A stretch of DNA of 64,000 nt from an uncultured Pelagibacteraceae bacterium (GTDB taxonomy: Bacteria > Pseudomonadota > Alphaproteobacteria > Pelagibacterales > Pelagibacteraceae). The stretch is from the NCBI GenBank assembly GCA_902572475.1, contig CACGGB010000003.1:10642-74641 (forward strand), given 5' to 3'. Every line of letters begins with the position of its first letter. The first letter of the stretch is position 1. The notes beneath the pieces are model-generated. The model made no database searches. It saw only the letters and a program-made list of their open reading frames with translations, and was not told where the DNA came from. Positions 39,417-52,860 of the stretch are shown one piece after another. A program made the translations under genes and the position numbers.

Positions 39417-39788
39417 ATGGCAGATTTAAATAAGATTATTGATGAACTTTCGACTCTAACAGTTGTTGAAGCTGCGGAGCTTTCAAAACAACTTGAGGAA
39501 AAGTGGGGAGTTACAGCAGCAGCACCTGTTGCAGCAGCACCGGCAGGAGGAGCAGCAGCACCAGCAGGCGAAGAAAAATCAGAATTCTCGTTATTCTTAG
39601 CAGCAGCTGGTGACAAGAAAATAAATGTTATTAAAGAAGTAAGAGCAATAACTGGTTTAGGTTTAAAGGAAGCAAAAGATTTAGTTGAGGGAGCACCTAA
39701 GGAAATTAAGGGTGGCGTTGCTAAAAAAGATGCTGAAGAATTTAAAAAGAAACTTGAAGCAGCTGGAGCTAAAGTAGAATTAAAGTAA
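39417..39788 (+). CDS. rplL: 50S ribosomal protein L7/L12
   Basis: Ala-rich hinge and [20 protein letters not shown]. Confidence 0.98.
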   Translation: MADLNKIIDELSTLTVVEAAELSKQLEEKWGVTAAAPVAAAPAGGAAAPAGEEKSEFSLFLAAAGDKKINVIKEVRAITGLGLKEAKDLVEGAPKEIKGGVAKKDAEEFKKKLEAAGAKVELK

Positions 39789-39806
39789 ACAAAATTTAAG
39801 TTAGAT

Positions 39807-39848
39807 TTTTATTGCAAGTTTTAATTTGCAATAAAACTCTTTATATTT
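39807..39848 (+). terminator. Hairpin between rplL and rpoB (attenuator/terminator-like)
   Basis: TTTTATTGCAA (39807-39817) pairs with TTGCAATAAAA (39826-39836), followed by CTCTTTATATTT. Confidence 0.6.
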
Positions 39849-39849
39849 G

Positions 39850-42800
39850 ATGCAATTATCTTTTACTCAAAAGAAACATATTAGAAAAAACTTTGGTAAA
39901 TTAATCGAAGGTCTGTCTATACCTAATTTAATTGAGGTACAAAAAAATTCTTATAACGAGTTTTTAAAATCGAAATCTTTAAATGAACAACTTAATGAGT
40001 TATCAAAAGGTATCGATCGTGTTTTTAAAAGCATATTTCCTATAGAAGATGGTAATGATAAATCAACTTTAGAATACATATCATATAAATTAGAAAAACC
40101 AAAATTTGATGTTATTGAATGTAAACAAAGAAGTTTATCATATTCAGCTGCATTGAAAGCAAACCTTAGACTAGTAGTTTACGAAATAGATACTGAAAAT
40201 AATACAAAACAAATCCTCTCAGCAAAAGAACAAGAAGTTTTCATTGGAGATTTGCCATTAATGACTCCGAGCGCAACATTCATAACAAACGGCGTCGAAA
40301 GAGTTGTCGTTAACCAAATGCATAGAAGTCCAGGAGTTTTTTTTGATCACGATAAAGGTAAAACACACGCTAGTGGCAAGCTTTTGTTCAATTGTAGAAT
40401 AATTCCCGGTAGAGGATCTTGGTTAGATTTTGAATTTGATCCAAAAGATATTTTATATTTTAGAATTGATAGAAAAAAAAAGTTACCTATAACAACAATT
40501 TTATATGCACTTGGTTTTAACAAAGAAAAAATAATTGATAATTTTTATAAAACAAATAAGTACAGTTTTAATAATAATACTAAGTTTTGGAATACTGATT
40601 TTAATCCTGAAAACTTTAAACGACCAATAAAATTATCTTTCGACTTGATAGATGCAAGTAATAATAAAAAAATACTATCAAAAGGTGAAAAGCTTAACTT
40701 TATAATTGCAAAAAAACTTTCAGAAAAAGGATTAAAGTCAATATCTGTTTCTAACGATCAAATCGTAGGTAGTTATGTAGCTAGAGATATTAAAGATAAA
40801 AATGGAAATATTATAATAAGCGCAGGCTTCGACATCACTCAAGAGCAATTAGAAAAAATTATAACCAATGAGGAGAAGTCTCTTCAAATTGTTGATATTG
40901 ATCGCATCAACAAAGGCCCGTACATCTTAGAAACTTTAAAAATTGACAAAAACCAAAGTAAATCAGATGCATTAAATGATATTTACAAAGTATTAAGACC
41001 AGGAGAGGCACCCTCAGTAGAAATTGCTGAAGAAATTTTTAACAATTTATATTTTAAAAAAGAAAGATATGACCTGTCTGAGGTTGGTAGAGTAAAACTT
41101 AATTCAAAGTTAAATTTAAATACAAGTTTAAAAAAAACTATCCTAGAGTCAAATGACATAGTTGCAATCATCAAATTCATGCTTGATTTAAGAGATGGCA
41201 AAGGAGATGTTGATGATATCGATCATCTTGGAAACAGAAGAGTAAGATCTGTTGGTGAACTAGTCGAAAATCAATTCAGAATTGGCCTATTAAGAATGGA
41301 AAGAACTGTAAAAGAAAAAATGTCGACTTTTCTTGAAATCGAGTCTGCAATGCCACAAGACTTAATAAACGCTAAACCAATTACAACATCTTTAAAAGAT
41401 TTTTTTGCAACATCACAATTGTCTCAATTTATGGATCAAACTAATCCTTTGTCTGAAATAACACATAAACGTAGAGTTTCAGCACTTGGACCAGGAGGTT
41501 TAACTAGGGAAAGAGCAGGATTTGAAGTAAGAGATGTCCACCCAACTCATTATGGAAGAATATGTCCTATAGAAACACCAGAAGGTCCGAATATCGGTCT
41601 TATAAATAGTCTAGCGACATATTGTAGAGTTAATAAATTTGGTTACATTGAAAGCCCTTATAAGAAAGTTGTAAACGGCAAAGTTACTTCTGAGATTAAA
41701 TATTTATCAGCTATTGAGGAAGAAAAATTTACTATAGCACAAGCAAACTCTGCTATTGATAAGGACGGATCTTTCATAGAAGAATTAGTAGCTTGTAGAA
41801 AAAACTTAAATTTTGAATTATCAAGTAGAGATAATATCGATTTTATTGATGTTTCTCCAAAACAACTTGTATCGGTCGCAGCAGCGTTAATTCCATTTTT
41901 AGAAAATGATGATGCCAATAGAGCATTAATGGGATCTAATATGATGAGACAAGCTGTTCCTTTGCTAAAACCGGAGTCTCCATTGGTAGGTACAGGCATT
42001 GAGTCCGATGTAGCTTTAGACTCAGGGGTAACGATTGTTGCAAAAAGAAGTGGTATTGTAGACAAGATCGATGGAAAAAGAATAGTTGTTAAAGCAACTG
42101 ATGTGACTGATTTATCTCAGTCTGCTGTAGATATTTATAATTTATCAAAATTTCAAAGATCAAACCAAAATACATGTATAAATCAAAAACCTTTAGTAAA
42201 AGTTGGAGATAAAATAAAAAAAGGAGATATCATAGCGGATGGTCCAGCTACAAAACTAGGTGAGTTGGCGTTAGGTAAAAACGTAACCGTAGCTTTTATG
42301 CCCTGGCAGGGATATAATTTTGAGGATTCAATATTAATTTCTGAGAGATGTGTAACCGATGATGTGTTTACATCGGTACATATCGAAGAGTATGAATCGA
42401 TGGCTAGAGACACAAAACTTGGTGCTGAGGAGATCACAAGAGATATCCCTAATGTTAGTGAGGAAAGTCTAAGAAATTTAGATGAGTCTGGAATAGTCTA
42501 TGTTGGTGCTGAAGTGAAGCCAGGTGATATTTTAGTTGGTAAAGTAACACCAAAAAGTGAAACGTCTTCCAGCCCAGAAGAAAAATTATTGAGATCAATC
42601 TTTGGCGAAAAAGCAACTGATGTTAGAGACTCCTCTTTAAAATTACCCTCTGGAAGTACTGGTGTAGTAATTGATGTGAGAGTTTTTAATAGACACGGAA
42701 TTGATAAAGACGAGAGATCTATTGCTATTGAAAGGGCAGAAATTGAGTCCGTTCAAGAGGATAAAAAAGTTGAAGAAGAAATACTAAATAGAAATATAAA

Positions 42801-43941
42801 ATTACGTGCTACTGATTTATTGAATGGACAAAGTATAAACAAACAATTTAAAGATTTAAAACCTGGGACAACACTTAATAAAAATGATTTAGAAAACTTT
42901 TCATTAAAAGATTTGTGGAAAATTTCTTTTCAAAATCCTGATATAAATGATAATCTTGAAAAGTTAAAGAATCAATTCGAAAATGCCTCTGAAGATATTA
43001 AATTAAGATTTGACGATAAGGTTAATAAAATTCAGCAAGGTGACGATTTGCTACCTACAGTTATGAAAGTTGTTAAAGTGTTTGTCGCCGTGAAGAGAAG
43101 ATTAATGCCTGGTGATAAAATGGCTGGTAGACATGGTAACAAGGGCGTTGTCAGTAAGATTGTTCCTATTGAGGACATGCCTTATATGGAAAATGGTAAA
43201 CCCGTAGACATTGTTCTAAACCCCTTAGGTGTTCCAAGCCGTATGAATGTTGGTCAAATTTTAGAGACACATCTTGGTTGGTCTTGCTCAGAGTTAGGAG
43301 ATCAAATAAAACTACATTTAAAAAACTTCGAAAAAGAAATTGATAAAATTAAACAAAAATTAAAAGATATTTATGGGTCCAGTTACTACGACCAGGTAAT
43401 TTCAAAACTTAATAACAAAGAAGTTGCTGAGCTTGTGCAAAATTTATCTAATGGTGTGCCGATTGCTACCCCGGTATTTGACGGAGCAAGCACAAAAGAT
43501 ATTACCGAAATGCTCACTTTAGCCCAACTTCCTAATTCTGGACAAACTCATCTTTGGAATGGTCAAACTGGAGAAAGATTTGATAGACCAGTTACAGTTG
43601 GCATCATATATATGTTAAAGTTAAACCATCTTGTGGAAGATAAAATACATGCAAGATCTACTGGACCTTACAGTTTAGTAACACAGCAACCGCTTGGTGG
43701 AAAAGCTCAGCTTGGAGGACAAAGATTTGGTGAGATGGAAGTCTGGGCATTAGAGGCATACGGAGCATCATATACTCTTCAAGAAATTTTAACCGTAAAA
43801 TCTGACGATGTAGCAGGTAGAACAAAAGTTTATGAGACAATTGTAAAGGGTAATAACAATTTTGAGTCAGGTGTTCCAGAGTCATTTAATGTTTTAGTAA
43901 AAGAAATTAGAGCCCTTGGACTTAATATTGAACTAAACTAA
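39850..43941 (+). CDS. rpoB: RNA polymerase beta subunit
   Basis: [32 protein letters not shown] and GQRFGEME. Confidence 0.99.
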   Translation: MQLSFTQKKHIRKNFGKLIEGLSIPNLIEVQKNSYNEFLKSKSLNEQLNELSKGIDRVFKSIFPIEDGNDKSTLEYISYKLEKPKFDVIECKQRSLSYSAALKANLRLVVYEIDTENNTKQILSAKEQEVFIGDLPLMTPSATFITNGVERVVVNQMHRSPGVFFDHDKGKTHASGKLLFNCRIIPGRGSWLDFEFDPKDILYFRIDRKKKLPITTILYALGFNKEKIIDNFYKTNKYSFNNNTKFWNTDFNPENFKRPIKLSFDLIDASNNKKILSKGEKLNFIIAKKLSEKGLKSISVSNDQIVGSYVARDIKDKNGNIIISAGFDITQEQLEKIITNEEKSLQIVDIDRINKGPYILETLKIDKNQSKSDALNDIYKVLRPGEAPSVEIAEEIFNNLYFKKERYDLSEVGRVKLNSKLNLNTSLKKTILESNDIVAIIKFMLDLRDGKGDVDDIDHLGNRRVRSVGELVENQFRIGLLRMERTVKEKMSTFLEIESAMPQDLINAKPITTSLKDFFATSQLSQFMDQTNPLSEITHKRRVSALGPGGLTRERAGFEVRDVHPTHYGRICPIETPEGPNIGLINSLATYCRVNKFGYIESPYKKVVNGKVTSEIKYLSAIEEEKFTIAQANSAIDKDGSFIEELVACRKNLNFELSSRDNIDFIDVSPKQLVSVAAALIPFLENDDANRALMGSNMMRQAVPLLKPESPLVGTGIESDVALDSGVTIVAKRSGIVDKIDGKRIVVKATDVTDLSQSAVDIYNLSKFQRSNQNTCINQKPLVKVGDKIKKGDIIADGPATKLGELALGKNVTVAFMPWQGYNFEDSILISERCVTDDVFTSVHIEEYESMARDTKLGAEEITRDIPNVSEESLRNLDESGIVYVGAEVKPGDILVGKVTPKSETSSSPEEKLLRSIFGEKATDVRDSSLKLPSGSTGVVIDVRVFNRHGIDKDERSIAIERAEIESVQEDKKVEEEILNRNIKLRATDLLNGQSINKQFKDLKPGTTLNKNDLENFSLKDLWKISFQNPDINDNLEKLKNQFENASEDIKLRFDDKVNKIQQGDDLLPTVMKVVKVFVAVKRRLMPGDKMAGRHGNKGVVSKIVPIEDMPYMENGKPVDIVLNPLGVPSRMNVGQILETHLGWSCSELGDQIKLHLKNFEKEIDKIKQKLKDIYGSSYYDQVISKLNNKEVAELVQNLSNGVPIATPVFDGASTKDITEMLTLAQLPNSGQTHLWNGQTGERFDRPVTVGIIYMLKLNHLVEDKIHARSTGPYSLVTQQPLGGKAQLGGQRFGEMEVWALEAYGASYTLQEILTVKSDDVAGRTKVYETIVKGNNNFESGVPESFNVLVKEIRALGLNIELN

Positions 43942-43944
43942 TTT

Positions 43945-46900
43945 ATGGAAAAAAACTTACAAAAAAACTTTGAAAATCAAAATATTTCTCAAGAAAATAA
44001 TTTTAACAGTATTAAAATTACTCTAGCTAGTCCTGATAAAATCAAATCATGGTCGTACGGAGAAATAAAAAAACCAGAGACTATTAATTATCGAACTTTT
44101 AGACCAGAAAAAGATGGTCTTTTTTGTTCAAGAATTTTTGGACCTGTGAAAGATTATGAATGTTTGTGTGGTAAATACAAAAGAATGAAATTTAGAGGAA
44201 TTATTTGTGAAAAATGTGGTGTTGAAGTAACTAAATCAAACGTGAGAAGGGAAAGAATGGGACATATTGATTTAGCATGTCCTGTAGCTCATATTTGGTT
44301 TTTAAAATCTTTACCTAGTAGAATTTCTCTTGCGATTGACATGAAGCTTAAAGAAGTCGAAAAAGTTTTATATTTTGAGAGCTTTATAATTGTAGAGCCA
44401 GGTTTAACAACATTAAAAAAAGGTCAACTAATTTCTGAAGAAGCTCTATTAAAAGCCCAGGAAGAATTTGGTGAAGACGCTTTTACAGCTGGTATAGGTG
44501 CTGAAGCTGTGAGAGAAATTCTGGTAAACTTAGATTTAAAAAAAGAGCAGAAAGCTCTTAGAGAGTCATTAGCCGAAATAAAATCTAAAGTTACTGAAGA
44601 AAGAACAATTAAAAGATTAAAACTAATTGAGTCCTTTATTTCATCAGGAAACAAACCTGAATGGATGATACTAACATCAATACCTGTAATTCCACCAGAA
44701 TTAAGACCTTTGGTCCCGTTAGATGGAGGAAGATTTGCAACTTCTGACTTGAACGATTTGTATCGAAGAGTGATAAATAGAAACAACAGATTAAAAAGAT
44801 TATTAGATCTTAAGGCACCAGATATTATCGTAAGAAATGAGAAAAGAATGCTTCAAGAGTCCGTTGATGCTTTGTTTGATAATGGAAGAAGAGGAAGAGT
44901 AATTACTGGCACGGGAAAGAGACCATTAAAATCTTTAGCAGAAATGTTAAAAGGTAAGCAAGGAAGATTCAGACAAAATCTTCTTGGTAAAAGAGTAGAC
45001 TACTCAGGCAGATCAGTAATTGTTGTTGGTCCAGAACTGAAACTTCATCAATGTGGATTACCAAAAAAAATGGCATTAGAATTATTTAAACCATTTTTAT
45101 ATGCTAGATTAGATAAGTTAGGTTTGGCAACAACAATAAAACAAGCAAAAAGATTGGTTGAAAGAGAAAAAAGTGAAGTCTGGGATTCCTTAGAGCATAT
45201 CATAAGAGAACACCCAATACTTTTAAACAGAGCTCCAACTTTACACAGATTGGGCGTTCAAGCTTTTGAAGCCAAGCTTATAGAAGGAAATGCTATAGAA
45301 TTACACCCACTAGTTTGTGCAGCTTTTAATGCAGATTTTGATGGAGATCAAATGGCGGTTCATATTCCTTTAAGTTTGGAGGCACAACTCGAGGCAAGAG
45401 TTTTAATGATGTCAACAAACAATATTTTAAGTCCATCAAATGGAAAACCTATTATTGTACCAAGTCAAGATATTGTATTAGGAATTTACTATTTATCTCA
45501 ATCTGATAGTAATGAAAAAAAACCAAAAGGTATTTTTTCAAATATAGATGAAATTGAGCAAGCTTTAGAGAATAAATCTATAAGTTTACATAGTAAGATA
45601 GTATCAACTTTTAAAACTATTGACAAAGATGGAAACGAAAAAAGCGAAAAATACACAAGTACAGCTGGACGATTTTTATTAGCCAATGTTTTACCTAAAA
45701 ATAAAAATATTAAATTTAGTCTAGTTAATAAATTATTAACGAAGAAAAACGTTTCAGAAGTAATAGATACAATATTTAGATACTGTGGACAAAAAGAAAC
45801 TGTTATTTTTTGTGATAAAATCAAAACACTTGGATTTAAACATGCCTTTAAAGCTGGTATTTCATTTGGAAAAGACGATTTATTGATACCAAAAACAAAA
45901 GAAAATTTAATCAATAATACGAAAAAACAAATCGAGGAATATGAAAAACAATATTCAGACGGATTAATTACCAGAGGAGAAAAATATAACAAAGTGGTCG
46001 ATGTTTGGTCTAAATGTACCGATACTGTCGCAAATGAAATGATGAAAGAAATATCTAGCGCTGAGAAAGTATATGAGGATGACAGAATAGAAACTAATTC
46101 CGTATTCATGATGGCCGACTCGGGTGCTCGTGGCTCTCAAGCACAAATGAAACAATTAGCCGGCATGAGAGGACTTATAGCAAAACCATCAGGTGAAATT
46201 ATCGAAACGCCGATAATTTCTAATTTTAAAGAAGGTCTATCAGTACTAGAATATTTTAACTCTACACACGGAGCTCGAAAAGGTTTAGCTGATACAGCTT
46301 TAAAAACTGCTAACTCTGGTTACTTGACAAGAAGACTATGCGATGTTGCTCAAGACGTTCAAATCACTAAAGCAGAATGTAATCCAAAAAAAAGATCTTC
46401 AGTAACAATTTCAGAAATTATTGAGGGTGGAAACATATTGGTTAGTTTATCAGAAAGAGTTTTAGGAAGAGTAATCGCAGAAAATATAAAAAATCCTGTT
46501 ACAGGTGAAATAATAATTAAAAAAGATAAATTGATAGACGAATTTGATTGTGAAAAAATCGATGCAGCAGGTGTGAAATCAATCAATGTATATTCAGTGA
46601 TAACTTGTGCGTCTACAAGAGGAGTTTGCCAAACTTGCTATGGAAGAGATTTAGCTAGAGGGAAATTAGTCAGTATAGGAGAAGCAGTAGGAATGATCGC
46701 AGCTCAATCAATTGGTGAACCAGGCACACAGTTAACGATGAGAACCTTTCACGTTGGAGGCACTGCGCAAATTAAAGAAGAGTCTCAAATAGTTTCCCAA
46801 ACAAAGGGAAAATTAAATATAATAAATAAAAATTTAATTGAGGATTCAAAGAAAAATATAATTGTAATGGGTAGAAATACTCAATTAAGTATTGAAGATG

Positions 46901-48135
46901 AAAATGGAAGGCAACTTGCCATCTACAAAGTTAATTATGGCTCTAAACTATTTTTTAAAGACGGCGATGTAATAGAAAAAGGAAAAAAAATTGCAGAATG
47001 GGATCCATATACTTTACCGGTTATAGCTGAAACAGGAGGTATTGTTAATTACATGGATTTAATGGAAGGAAGTTCTTTAACTGAAACATTGGATGATGCA
47101 ACAGGTTTATCATCGAAGTCCGTAACTGATTGGAAATCATCCTCAAAAAATTCTGAACTAAAACCTAGAATAACCTTAAGAAATGAAAAAGGAGAAATAA
47201 TAAAGAAAGCTGATGGTAATGAAGCAAGATATTATCTAGTTCCAGATACAATATTATCCGTAAAAGATGGTCAAAAAATTTCAGCTGGAGATGTTTTGGC
47301 GAGGTTGCCTAAGGAAACTTCTAAAACAAAAGATATCACAGGCGGATTACCTCGAGTGGCTGAGTTATTTGAAGCAAGAAGACCAAAAGATAGCGCAATA
47401 ATTGCTGAGAATGACGGAGTTATCCAATTTGGAAAAGAAGTAAGAGGTAAACAAAAAATTTCTATAGTCTCAAATGATGGAGAAACATCTAATTATTTGA
47501 TTCCAAAAGGAAAGCATGTAAATTTTAATCAAGGTGAAAAAATCAAAAAAGGTGAATATCTTTTAGACGGAAGTCCTGCTCCGCACGATATTTTAAGAAT
47601 TCTAGGAGTAGAAAAATTGACAGAATACTTTGTGAGTGAAGTGCAAGAAGTTTATAGACTTCAAGGTGTTGTTATTAATGATAAACATATCGAGACAATT
47701 GTAAGACAAATGTTGAAAAGAGTTGAAGTTAAAAATCCTGGAGACTCGGAGCTGCTAACTGGAGAAGTAATAGACTTATTAGATATTAATAACATTAATG
47801 AAAAGTTGAGAGACGAAAAGAAAAAACCTGCAACTTTTGAAAGAGTGTTATTGGGTATAACAAAAGCATCTCTTCAAACTAATTCATTTATTTCTGCTGC
47901 TTCATTTCAAGAAACAACTAGAGTCTTGACAGATGCATCAATAAAAGGAAAAACTGATACACTGGAAGGACTGAAAGAAAACGTTATTGTTGGTAGACTA
48001 GTTCCTGCTGGTACTGGTTTAACCAAAATTGAGTGGGATAAGCAAGCAAGAGAACAAGATAAAACAAGACTTGAAGAAATTAAAAAACAGGAGCTAGAAT
48101 CCGCTTCTGTAGCCACCGATCAATCAGCGCAGTAG
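43945..48135 (+). CDS. rpoC: RNA polymerase beta' subunit
   Basis: NADFDGD, zinc-binding Cys motifs and [13 protein letters not shown]. Confidence 0.99.
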   Translation: MEKNLQKNFENQNISQENNFNSIKITLASPDKIKSWSYGEIKKPETINYRTFRPEKDGLFCSRIFGPVKDYECLCGKYKRMKFRGIICEKCGVEVTKSNVRRERMGHIDLACPVAHIWFLKSLPSRISLAIDMKLKEVEKVLYFESFIIVEPGLTTLKKGQLISEEALLKAQEEFGEDAFTAGIGAEAVREILVNLDLKKEQKALRESLAEIKSKVTEERTIKRLKLIESFISSGNKPEWMILTSIPVIPPELRPLVPLDGGRFATSDLNDLYRRVINRNNRLKRLLDLKAPDIIVRNEKRMLQESVDALFDNGRRGRVITGTGKRPLKSLAEMLKGKQGRFRQNLLGKRVDYSGRSVIVVGPELKLHQCGLPKKMALELFKPFLYARLDKLGLATTIKQAKRLVEREKSEVWDSLEHIIREHPILLNRAPTLHRLGVQAFEAKLIEGNAIELHPLVCAAFNADFDGDQMAVHIPLSLEAQLEARVLMMSTNNILSPSNGKPIIVPSQDIVLGIYYLSQSDSNEKKPKGIFSNIDEIEQALENKSISLHSKIVSTFKTIDKDGNEKSEKYTSTAGRFLLANVLPKNKNIKFSLVNKLLTKKNVSEVIDTIFRYCGQKETVIFCDKIKTLGFKHAFKAGISFGKDDLLIPKTKENLINNTKKQIEEYEKQYSDGLITRGEKYNKVVDVWSKCTDTVANEMMKEISSAEKVYEDDRIETNSVFMMADSGARGSQAQMKQLAGMRGLIAKPSGEIIETPIISNFKEGLSVLEYFNSTHGARKGLADTALKTANSGYLTRRLCDVAQDVQITKAECNPKKRSSVTISEIIEGGNILVSLSERVLGRVIAENIKNPVTGEIIIKKDKLIDEFDCEKIDAAGVKSINVYSVITCASTRGVCQTCYGRDLARGKLVSIGEAVGMIAAQSIGEPGTQLTMRTFHVGGTAQIKEESQIVSQTKGKLNIINKNLIEDSKKNIIVMGRNTQLSIEDENGRQLAIYKVNYGSKLFFKDGDVIEKGKKIAEWDPYTLPVIAETGGIVNYMDLMEGSSLTETLDDATGLSSKSVTDWKSSSKNSELKPRITLRNEKGEIIKKADGNEARYYLVPDTILSVKDGQKISAGDVLARLPKETSKTKDITGGLPRVAELFEARRPKDSAIIAENDGVIQFGKEVRGKQKISIVSNDGETSNYLIPKGKHVNFNQGEKIKKGEYLLDGSPAPHDILRILGVEKLTEYFVSEVQEVYRLQGVVINDKHIETIVRQMLKRVEVKNPGDSELLTGEVIDLLDINNINEKLRDEKKKPATFERVLLGITKASLQTNSFISAASFQETTRVLTDASIKGKTDTLEGLKENVIVGRLVPAGTGLTKIEWDKQAREQDKTRLEEIKKQELESASVATDQSAQ

Positions 48136-48156
48136 AGCTAAATCCCCTTTTAAATA

Positions 48157-48184
48157 TTGACTTTTGTAATTTCAGTGTTAGTTT
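48157..48184 (+). promoter_or_regulatory. Sigma70-like promoter of the str operon
   Basis: TTGACT-16nt-TAGTTT. Confidence 0.55.
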
Positions 48185-48199
48185 ACGGCACATTTTGAA

Positions 48200-48238
48200 T
48201 GTTAGAAGTAAGGTCTTTAAGAGCCTTAAACACTAACA
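48200..48238 (+). promoter_or_regulatory. rpsL leader hairpin (putative ribosomal-protein autoregulatory element)
   Basis: TGTTAG/CTAACA lower stem, internal loop and TAAGG..CCTTA upper stem in the 5' UTR of rpsL. Confidence 0.65.
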
Positions 48239-48281
48239 AAATTTACTCAGGTTTTCCTTACTTAAACTTCAAAATATTATT

Positions 48282-48653
48282 ATGCCAACAATTAATCAAT
48301 TGATTAAAAAAAGTAGGACTAAACCTTTAGCAAGAAATAAAGTTCCTGCTTTAGAAAAACAACCTTTAAAAAGAGGTGTATGCGTTAAGGTTTATACAAC
48401 AACACCTAAGAAACCAAATTCAGCATTAAGAAAAGTTGCAAGAGTAAGATTATCTAACGGATTTGAAGTTACAGCTTATATACCAGGTGAAGGTCATAAT
48501 TTACAAGAACATTCAGTTGTATTATTACGTGGAGGGAGAGTAAAAGATTTACCAGGTGTTCGATATCATATTTTGAGAGGAAATTTAGATACTCAAGGTG
48601 TTACAAATAGAAAACAAAGAAGATCGCTTTACGGAGCGAAGAAACCTAAATAA
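48282..48653 (+). CDS. rpsL: 30S ribosomal protein S12
   Basis: [10 protein letters not shown] and [10 protein letters not shown]. Confidence 0.99.
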   Translation: MPTINQLIKKSRTKPLARNKVPALEKQPLKRGVCVKVYTTTPKKPNSALRKVARVRLSNGFEVTAYIPGEGHNLQEHSVVLLRGGRVKDLPGVRYHILRGNLDTQGVTNRKQRRSLYGAKKPK

Positions 48654-48656
48654 GAA

Positions 48657-49127
48657 ATGTCTAGAAAAAGAAAAGCTCCAATTAGAAAAGTTTATCCTGA
48701 TCCAAAATTTCATTCAGAGATTATATCTAAATTTATTAATTCCATAATGTACGATGGAAAAAGATCTACAGCAGAAAAAATTTTATATGACGCCCTAGAA
48801 AAAATAAAATCTAAAAACAATGAAGATCCTTTAAAAATTTTTAATACAGCAATAAGTAACGTTAAACCAAATTTAGAGTGTAGGTCTAGAAGAGTTGGCG
48901 GTGCAACTTACCAAGTACCTGTTGAGGTAAAAACTAAAAGAGCCCAAGCGCTAGCTTTAAGATGGATAATGGATGCTACTCGCAAAAGAAAGAATAAAAC
49001 TATGGCCGAAAAGCTGTACGCTGAAATAATTGATGCATCACAAAATAAAGGATCGGCAATAAAAAAAAGAGAGGACACTCATAAGATGGCTGAAGCTAAC
49101 AAAGCTTTTGCTCATTTCAGGTGGTAA
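48657..49127 (+). CDS. rpsG: 30S ribosomal protein S7
   Basis: [11 protein letters not shown] and MAEANKAF. Confidence 0.99.
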   Translation: MSRKRKAPIRKVYPDPKFHSEIISKFINSIMYDGKRSTAEKILYDALEKIKSKNNEDPLKIFNTAISNVKPNLECRSRRVGGATYQVPVEVKTKRAQALALRWIMDATRKRKNKTMAEKLYAEIIDASQNKGSAIKKREDTHKMAEANKAFAHFRW

Positions 49128-49131
49128 CAAA

Positions 49132-51204
49132 ATGGCAAAGTATCCATTAGATAAGTATCGAAATATTGGAATCATGGCACACATAGATGCAGGAAAAACT
49201 ACAACAACAGAAAGAGTTTTATACTACACTGGCAAAAGCCATAAGATTGGTGAAGTCCATGACGGCGCTGCTACTATGGATTGGATGGAACAAGAGCAAG
49301 AACGAGGAATCACAATTACTTCAGCTGCAACAACTTGTTTTTGGAGAGACCATAGAATAAATATCATTGATACACCTGGGCACGTTGATTTTACAATTGA
49401 GGTAGAGAGATCTTTAAAGGTTCTTGATGGCGCTGTTGCAGTTTTTGATGGCGTGGCAGGAGTTGAACCCCAATCAGAAACAGTTTGGAGACAAGCTGAC
49501 AAATATAAGGTACCGAGAATATGTTTCGTTAATAAACTCGATAGAACTGGTGCAGACTTTTACAGATGCGTAGATATGATTAAAGAAAGGTTAGGATGTA
49601 AACCTTTACCATTACAACTACCAATAGGATCCGAGGCAGATTTAAAAGGGGTAGTAGATTTAGTAAAAATGAAAGGGGTGGTTTGGCAAAATGAGGATTT
49701 AGGTGCAAAATTTGAATATGTAGATATTCCTGCTGATTTAAAAGAGAAATCAGATAAATATAGAAAAGAATTAGTTGAAACTGCTGTAGAAGAGGATGAA
49801 AAATTAATGGAGGCTTATCTTGATGGAAAAGAACCTTCTGAGGAAGACTTGATTAAATGTATAAGAAAAGGAACATTGTCTTTTAACTTTGTGCCAATAC
49901 TTACTGGATCAGCTTTTAAAAATAAAGGTGTACAACCACTTTTAGATGCAGTTATTGATTATTTGCCAAGTCCAAGTGATCTGAACTCAATTGAGGGAAC
50001 AAAGGTTGGATCTGAAGAAAAAGTTACAATGAAATTTGATGAAAAAGAAAAATTTTCTGCATTGGCATTTAAAGTAGCTAATGATCCATTTGTAGGCTCT
50101 TTAACATTTATCAGAATTTATTCTGGAACTTTAAACGCTGGAACATCAATTTTAAATTCATCAAAAGACAAAGAGGAAAGAATTGGTAGAATGCTTCTAA
50201 TGCATGCTAACAGTAGAGAAGATATTAAAACTGCAAGCGCCGGGGACATTGTCGCATTAGCAGGGTTAAAACACACTATTACTGGTCATACTCTTTGTGA
50301 TTCAAAAAATCCAATTTTATTAGAGCCTATGGAATTTCCGGATCCAGTAATTGAAATTGCAGTAGAACCAAAAACTAAAGGTGACCAAGAAAAAATGGGT
50401 GAAGCTTTAGCAAGACTAGCCAAAGAAGATCCATCATTTAGAGTTTCGTCGGATGAGGAATCAGGACAAACAATTATTAAAGGAATGGGAGAATTACACC
50501 TCGATATAATCGTCGATAGAATGAAAAGAGAATTCAAAGTTGAAGCAAATATTGGTGCTCCACAAGTTGCTTATAGAGAAACAATCCTAGGATCCGCTGA
50601 AATGGAGTATATTCACAAAAAACAAAGTGGAGGTGCAGGTCAATTCGCCAAAGTAAGATTAAGTGTAGAACCATTAGAGGCTGGTAAAGGTCGTGAAATT
50701 GAAAATCTTATAAAAGGGGGAGCAATTCCAAAAGAGTATATTCCTGGAGTAGAAAAAGGAGTTGAAAGTGTTTCAGATAGCGGGATACTTGCCGGTTTTC
50801 CAATAATTGATTACAAAGTTAAAATTTTAGATGGATTACATCACGATGTTGACTCTAGTGTTTTAGCATTTGAAATAGCTAGCAGATCATGCTTTAGAGA
50901 AGCTTGTCAAAAAGCTACTCTTAAATTACTTGAACCAATGATGAAGGTTGAAGTAGTTACTCCTGAGGAATTTATGGGTGACGTGATTGGTGATCTAAAT
51001 AGTAGAAGAGGTCAAGTAGGCTCTACTGAACCAAGAGGTAATGCTACAGCTATAAATGCAGTGGTGCCTTTAGCAAATATGTTCGGTTATATAAACAATT
51101 TAAGATCATCAACTCAAGGTCGAGCTCAATATACAATGCAATTTAGTCACTATGATAAAGTTCCACAAAATGTTCAAGACGAGGTTACAAAAAAATTAGC
51201 TTAA
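49132..51204 (+). CDS. fusA: Elongation factor G
   Basis: [17 protein letters not shown] and GMGELHL. ATG at 49132. Confidence 0.99.
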   Translation: MAKYPLDKYRNIGIMAHIDAGKTTTTERVLYYTGKSHKIGEVHDGAATMDWMEQEQERGITITSAATTCFWRDHRINIIDTPGHVDFTIEVERSLKVLDGAVAVFDGVAGVEPQSETVWRQADKYKVPRICFVNKLDRTGADFYRCVDMIKERLGCKPLPLQLPIGSEADLKGVVDLVKMKGVVWQNEDLGAKFEYVDIPADLKEKSDKYRKELVETAVEEDEKLMEAYLDGKEPSEEDLIKCIRKGTLSFNFVPILTGSAFKNKGVQPLLDAVIDYLPSPSDLNSIEGTKVGSEEKVTMKFDEKEKFSALAFKVANDPFVGSLTFIRIYSGTLNAGTSILNSSKDKEERIGRMLLMHANSREDIKTASAGDIVALAGLKHTITGHTLCDSKNPILLEPMEFPDPVIEIAVEPKTKGDQEKMGEALARLAKEDPSFRVSSDEESGQTIIKGMGELHLDIIVDRMKREFKVEANIGAPQVAYRETILGSAEMEYIHKKQSGGAGQFAKVRLSVEPLEAGKGREIENLIKGGAIPKEYIPGVEKGVESVSDSGILAGFPIIDYKVKILDGLHHDVDSSVLAFEIASRSCFREACQKATLKLLEPMMKVEVVTPEEFMGDVIGDLNSRRGQVGSTEPRGNATAINAVVPLANMFGYINNLRSSTQGRAQYTMQFSHYDKVPQNVQDEVTKKLA

Positions 51205-51206
51205 TT

Positions 51207-51515
51207 ATGGAAAACCAAAATATAAGAATACATTTAAAAGCCTATGATAACAAAATCCTTGATTTATCAACCGAGGAAATAGTTAATACTGCAAAGCGAA
51301 CAGGGGCTCAAGTAAAAGGTCCAATTCCTTTACCCACAAGAATTGAAAGATATACTGTTTTAAGATCTCCTCATATTGACAAAAAAAGCAGAGAACAGTT
51401 TGAGTCAAGAACTCATAAAAGATTAATTGATATAATAGAACCTACGCCACAAACAGTTGAAGCATTAATGAAGCTTGATTTGGCATCTGGTGTAGACATA
51501 GAAATAAAGATTTAG
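51207..51515 (+). CDS. rpsJ: 30S ribosomal protein S10
   Basis: GPIPLPT and [13 protein letters not shown]. Confidence 0.99.
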   Translation: MENQNIRIHLKAYDNKILDLSTEEIVNTAKRTGAQVKGPIPLPTRIERYTVLRSPHIDKKSREQFESRTHKRLIDIIEPTPQTVEALMKLDLASGVDIEIKI

Positions 51516-51519
51516 AATT

Positions 51520-52224
51520 ATGAGCATTGGATTAATTGGAACAAAAATAGGAATGACAAGGGAGTTTATTGAAACAGGTCAGTCAGTACCTGTCACAGTA
51601 ATTAGAATAGAAAAAGGAAGAGTTCTTGATGTCATTACTAAAGAAAAAAGAGGTTATAATGCAGTGAAAATTGGTTTTTTTAAACTAAAAAACTCTAAAT
51701 TAACAAAGCAAATGAAGGGTTATTTTGCAAAAAAGAATACTGAACCAAAAAAAATCTTAAAAGAATTTAGAGTAGAAGATTGCGCTCAATTCAAAGAAGG
51801 TAATGAGTTAGGTCTTGAGATTTTTAAAGATAAAAAATTCTTGGATGTTAGATCCAAAACAATAGGTAAAGGCTTTGCAGGTGTAATGAAAAGGTGGAAC
51901 TTTGGTGGATTAAGAGCTTCCCACGGAGTTTCTGTTTCGCACAGATCACATGGATCAACTGGACAGAGACAAGATCCAGGAAAAGTATTTAAAGGAAAGA
52001 AAATGGCTGGTCATATGGGAGATAAACTAAGAACAATGTTAAATCTTGAAATTGTAAAATCAGACGTTGAAAATAATCTTATTTACCTAAAGGGTTCAAT
52101 ACCTGGCTCTAAAAATTCAACAGTTTTTTTAAGAGAGTCAGTTAAAAACGTAACTCGTAAAACAATTAAAGAAAAACACGAAGCAAAGATTAAAGCAGCA
52201 GCCGCAAAGAAGGGAAAAAAATAA
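51520..52224 (+). CDS. rplC: 50S ribosomal protein L3
   Basis: KIGMT, GKGFAG and GKKMAGHMG. Confidence 0.98.
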   Translation: MSIGLIGTKIGMTREFIETGQSVPVTVIRIEKGRVLDVITKEKRGYNAVKIGFFKLKNSKLTKQMKGYFAKKNTEPKKILKEFRVEDCAQFKEGNELGLEIFKDKKFLDVRSKTIGKGFAGVMKRWNFGGLRASHGVSVSHRSHGSTGQRQDPGKVFKGKKMAGHMGDKLRTMLNLEIVKSDVENNLIYLKGSIPGSKNSTVFLRESVKNVTRKTIKEKHEAKIKAAAAKKGKK

Positions 52225-52860
52225 ATGAAATTTCCAATATTAAATATTGATGGTTCCAAGTCCGAGTCAATTGAAATTTCTGACAAGCTTGTAAAGCTTA
52301 AAGTTAATTATAAGCTTATTAAGTACGTAATAGATTGGCAATTAAATCATGCTAAACCAAGAGTAGCTAAGACGAAACAAAGAAATCAAATTAGAGGATC
52401 TACAAAAAAAATAGTTGCTCAGAAAGGAAGTGGCGGGGCAAGACATGCAAGTAAAAAAGCACCTTTATTTGTCGGTGGTGGTGTAGCTCATGGTCCAAAA
52501 GGGGCAAACTACAAGGTCAAAAAAATCAACAAAAAAGTGAGAAAATTGGCATTAGCACAAACTCTATCAAAAAAAAATCTCGATAAAAATTTACATATTT
52601 TAGCAGATGTAAAAAAAGAAGTTAAAAAAACAAAAGAATTTTATAAATTTCTAGAAAAAAATAATTTAAAAAATGTATTAATTATCTCAGACGATAATTC
52701 ATTTAAAAATATAAATAAATCTGCAAGAAATATTAAAGATTTAAAATTAATAAATGCTGAAGGTGCAAATGTTTATGATCTTTTTAAATATAAGAGTGTA
52801 GTTATCACCTCATCATCTGCTCAAAAAATACAGGAAAGATACTTAAATGAAAAAAATTAA
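52225..52860 (+). CDS. rplD: 50S ribosomal protein L4
   Basis: QKGSGGARH and GGGVAHGP. Confidence 0.97.
   Translation: MKFPILNIDGSKSESIEISDKLVKLKVNYKLIKYVIDWQLNHAKPRVAKTKQRNQIRGSTKKIVAQKGSGGARHASKKAPLFVGGGVAHGPKGANYKVKKINKKVRKLALAQTLSKKNLDKNLHILADVKKEVKKTKEFYKFLEKNNLKNVLIISDDNSFKNINKSARNIKDLKLINAEGANVYDLFKYKSVVITSSSAQKIQERYLNEKN

Noticed and set aside
39512-39570. GCAGCAGCACC-type repeats
   Set aside because: This is the ordinary Ala/Pro hinge of L7/L12.
45498-46109. 203-aa antisense ORF, and similar ones opposite rpoB, rplA, aroH-type, purC and others
   Set aside because: They lie antisense to conserved genes, have no motifs, and are expected from codon bias.
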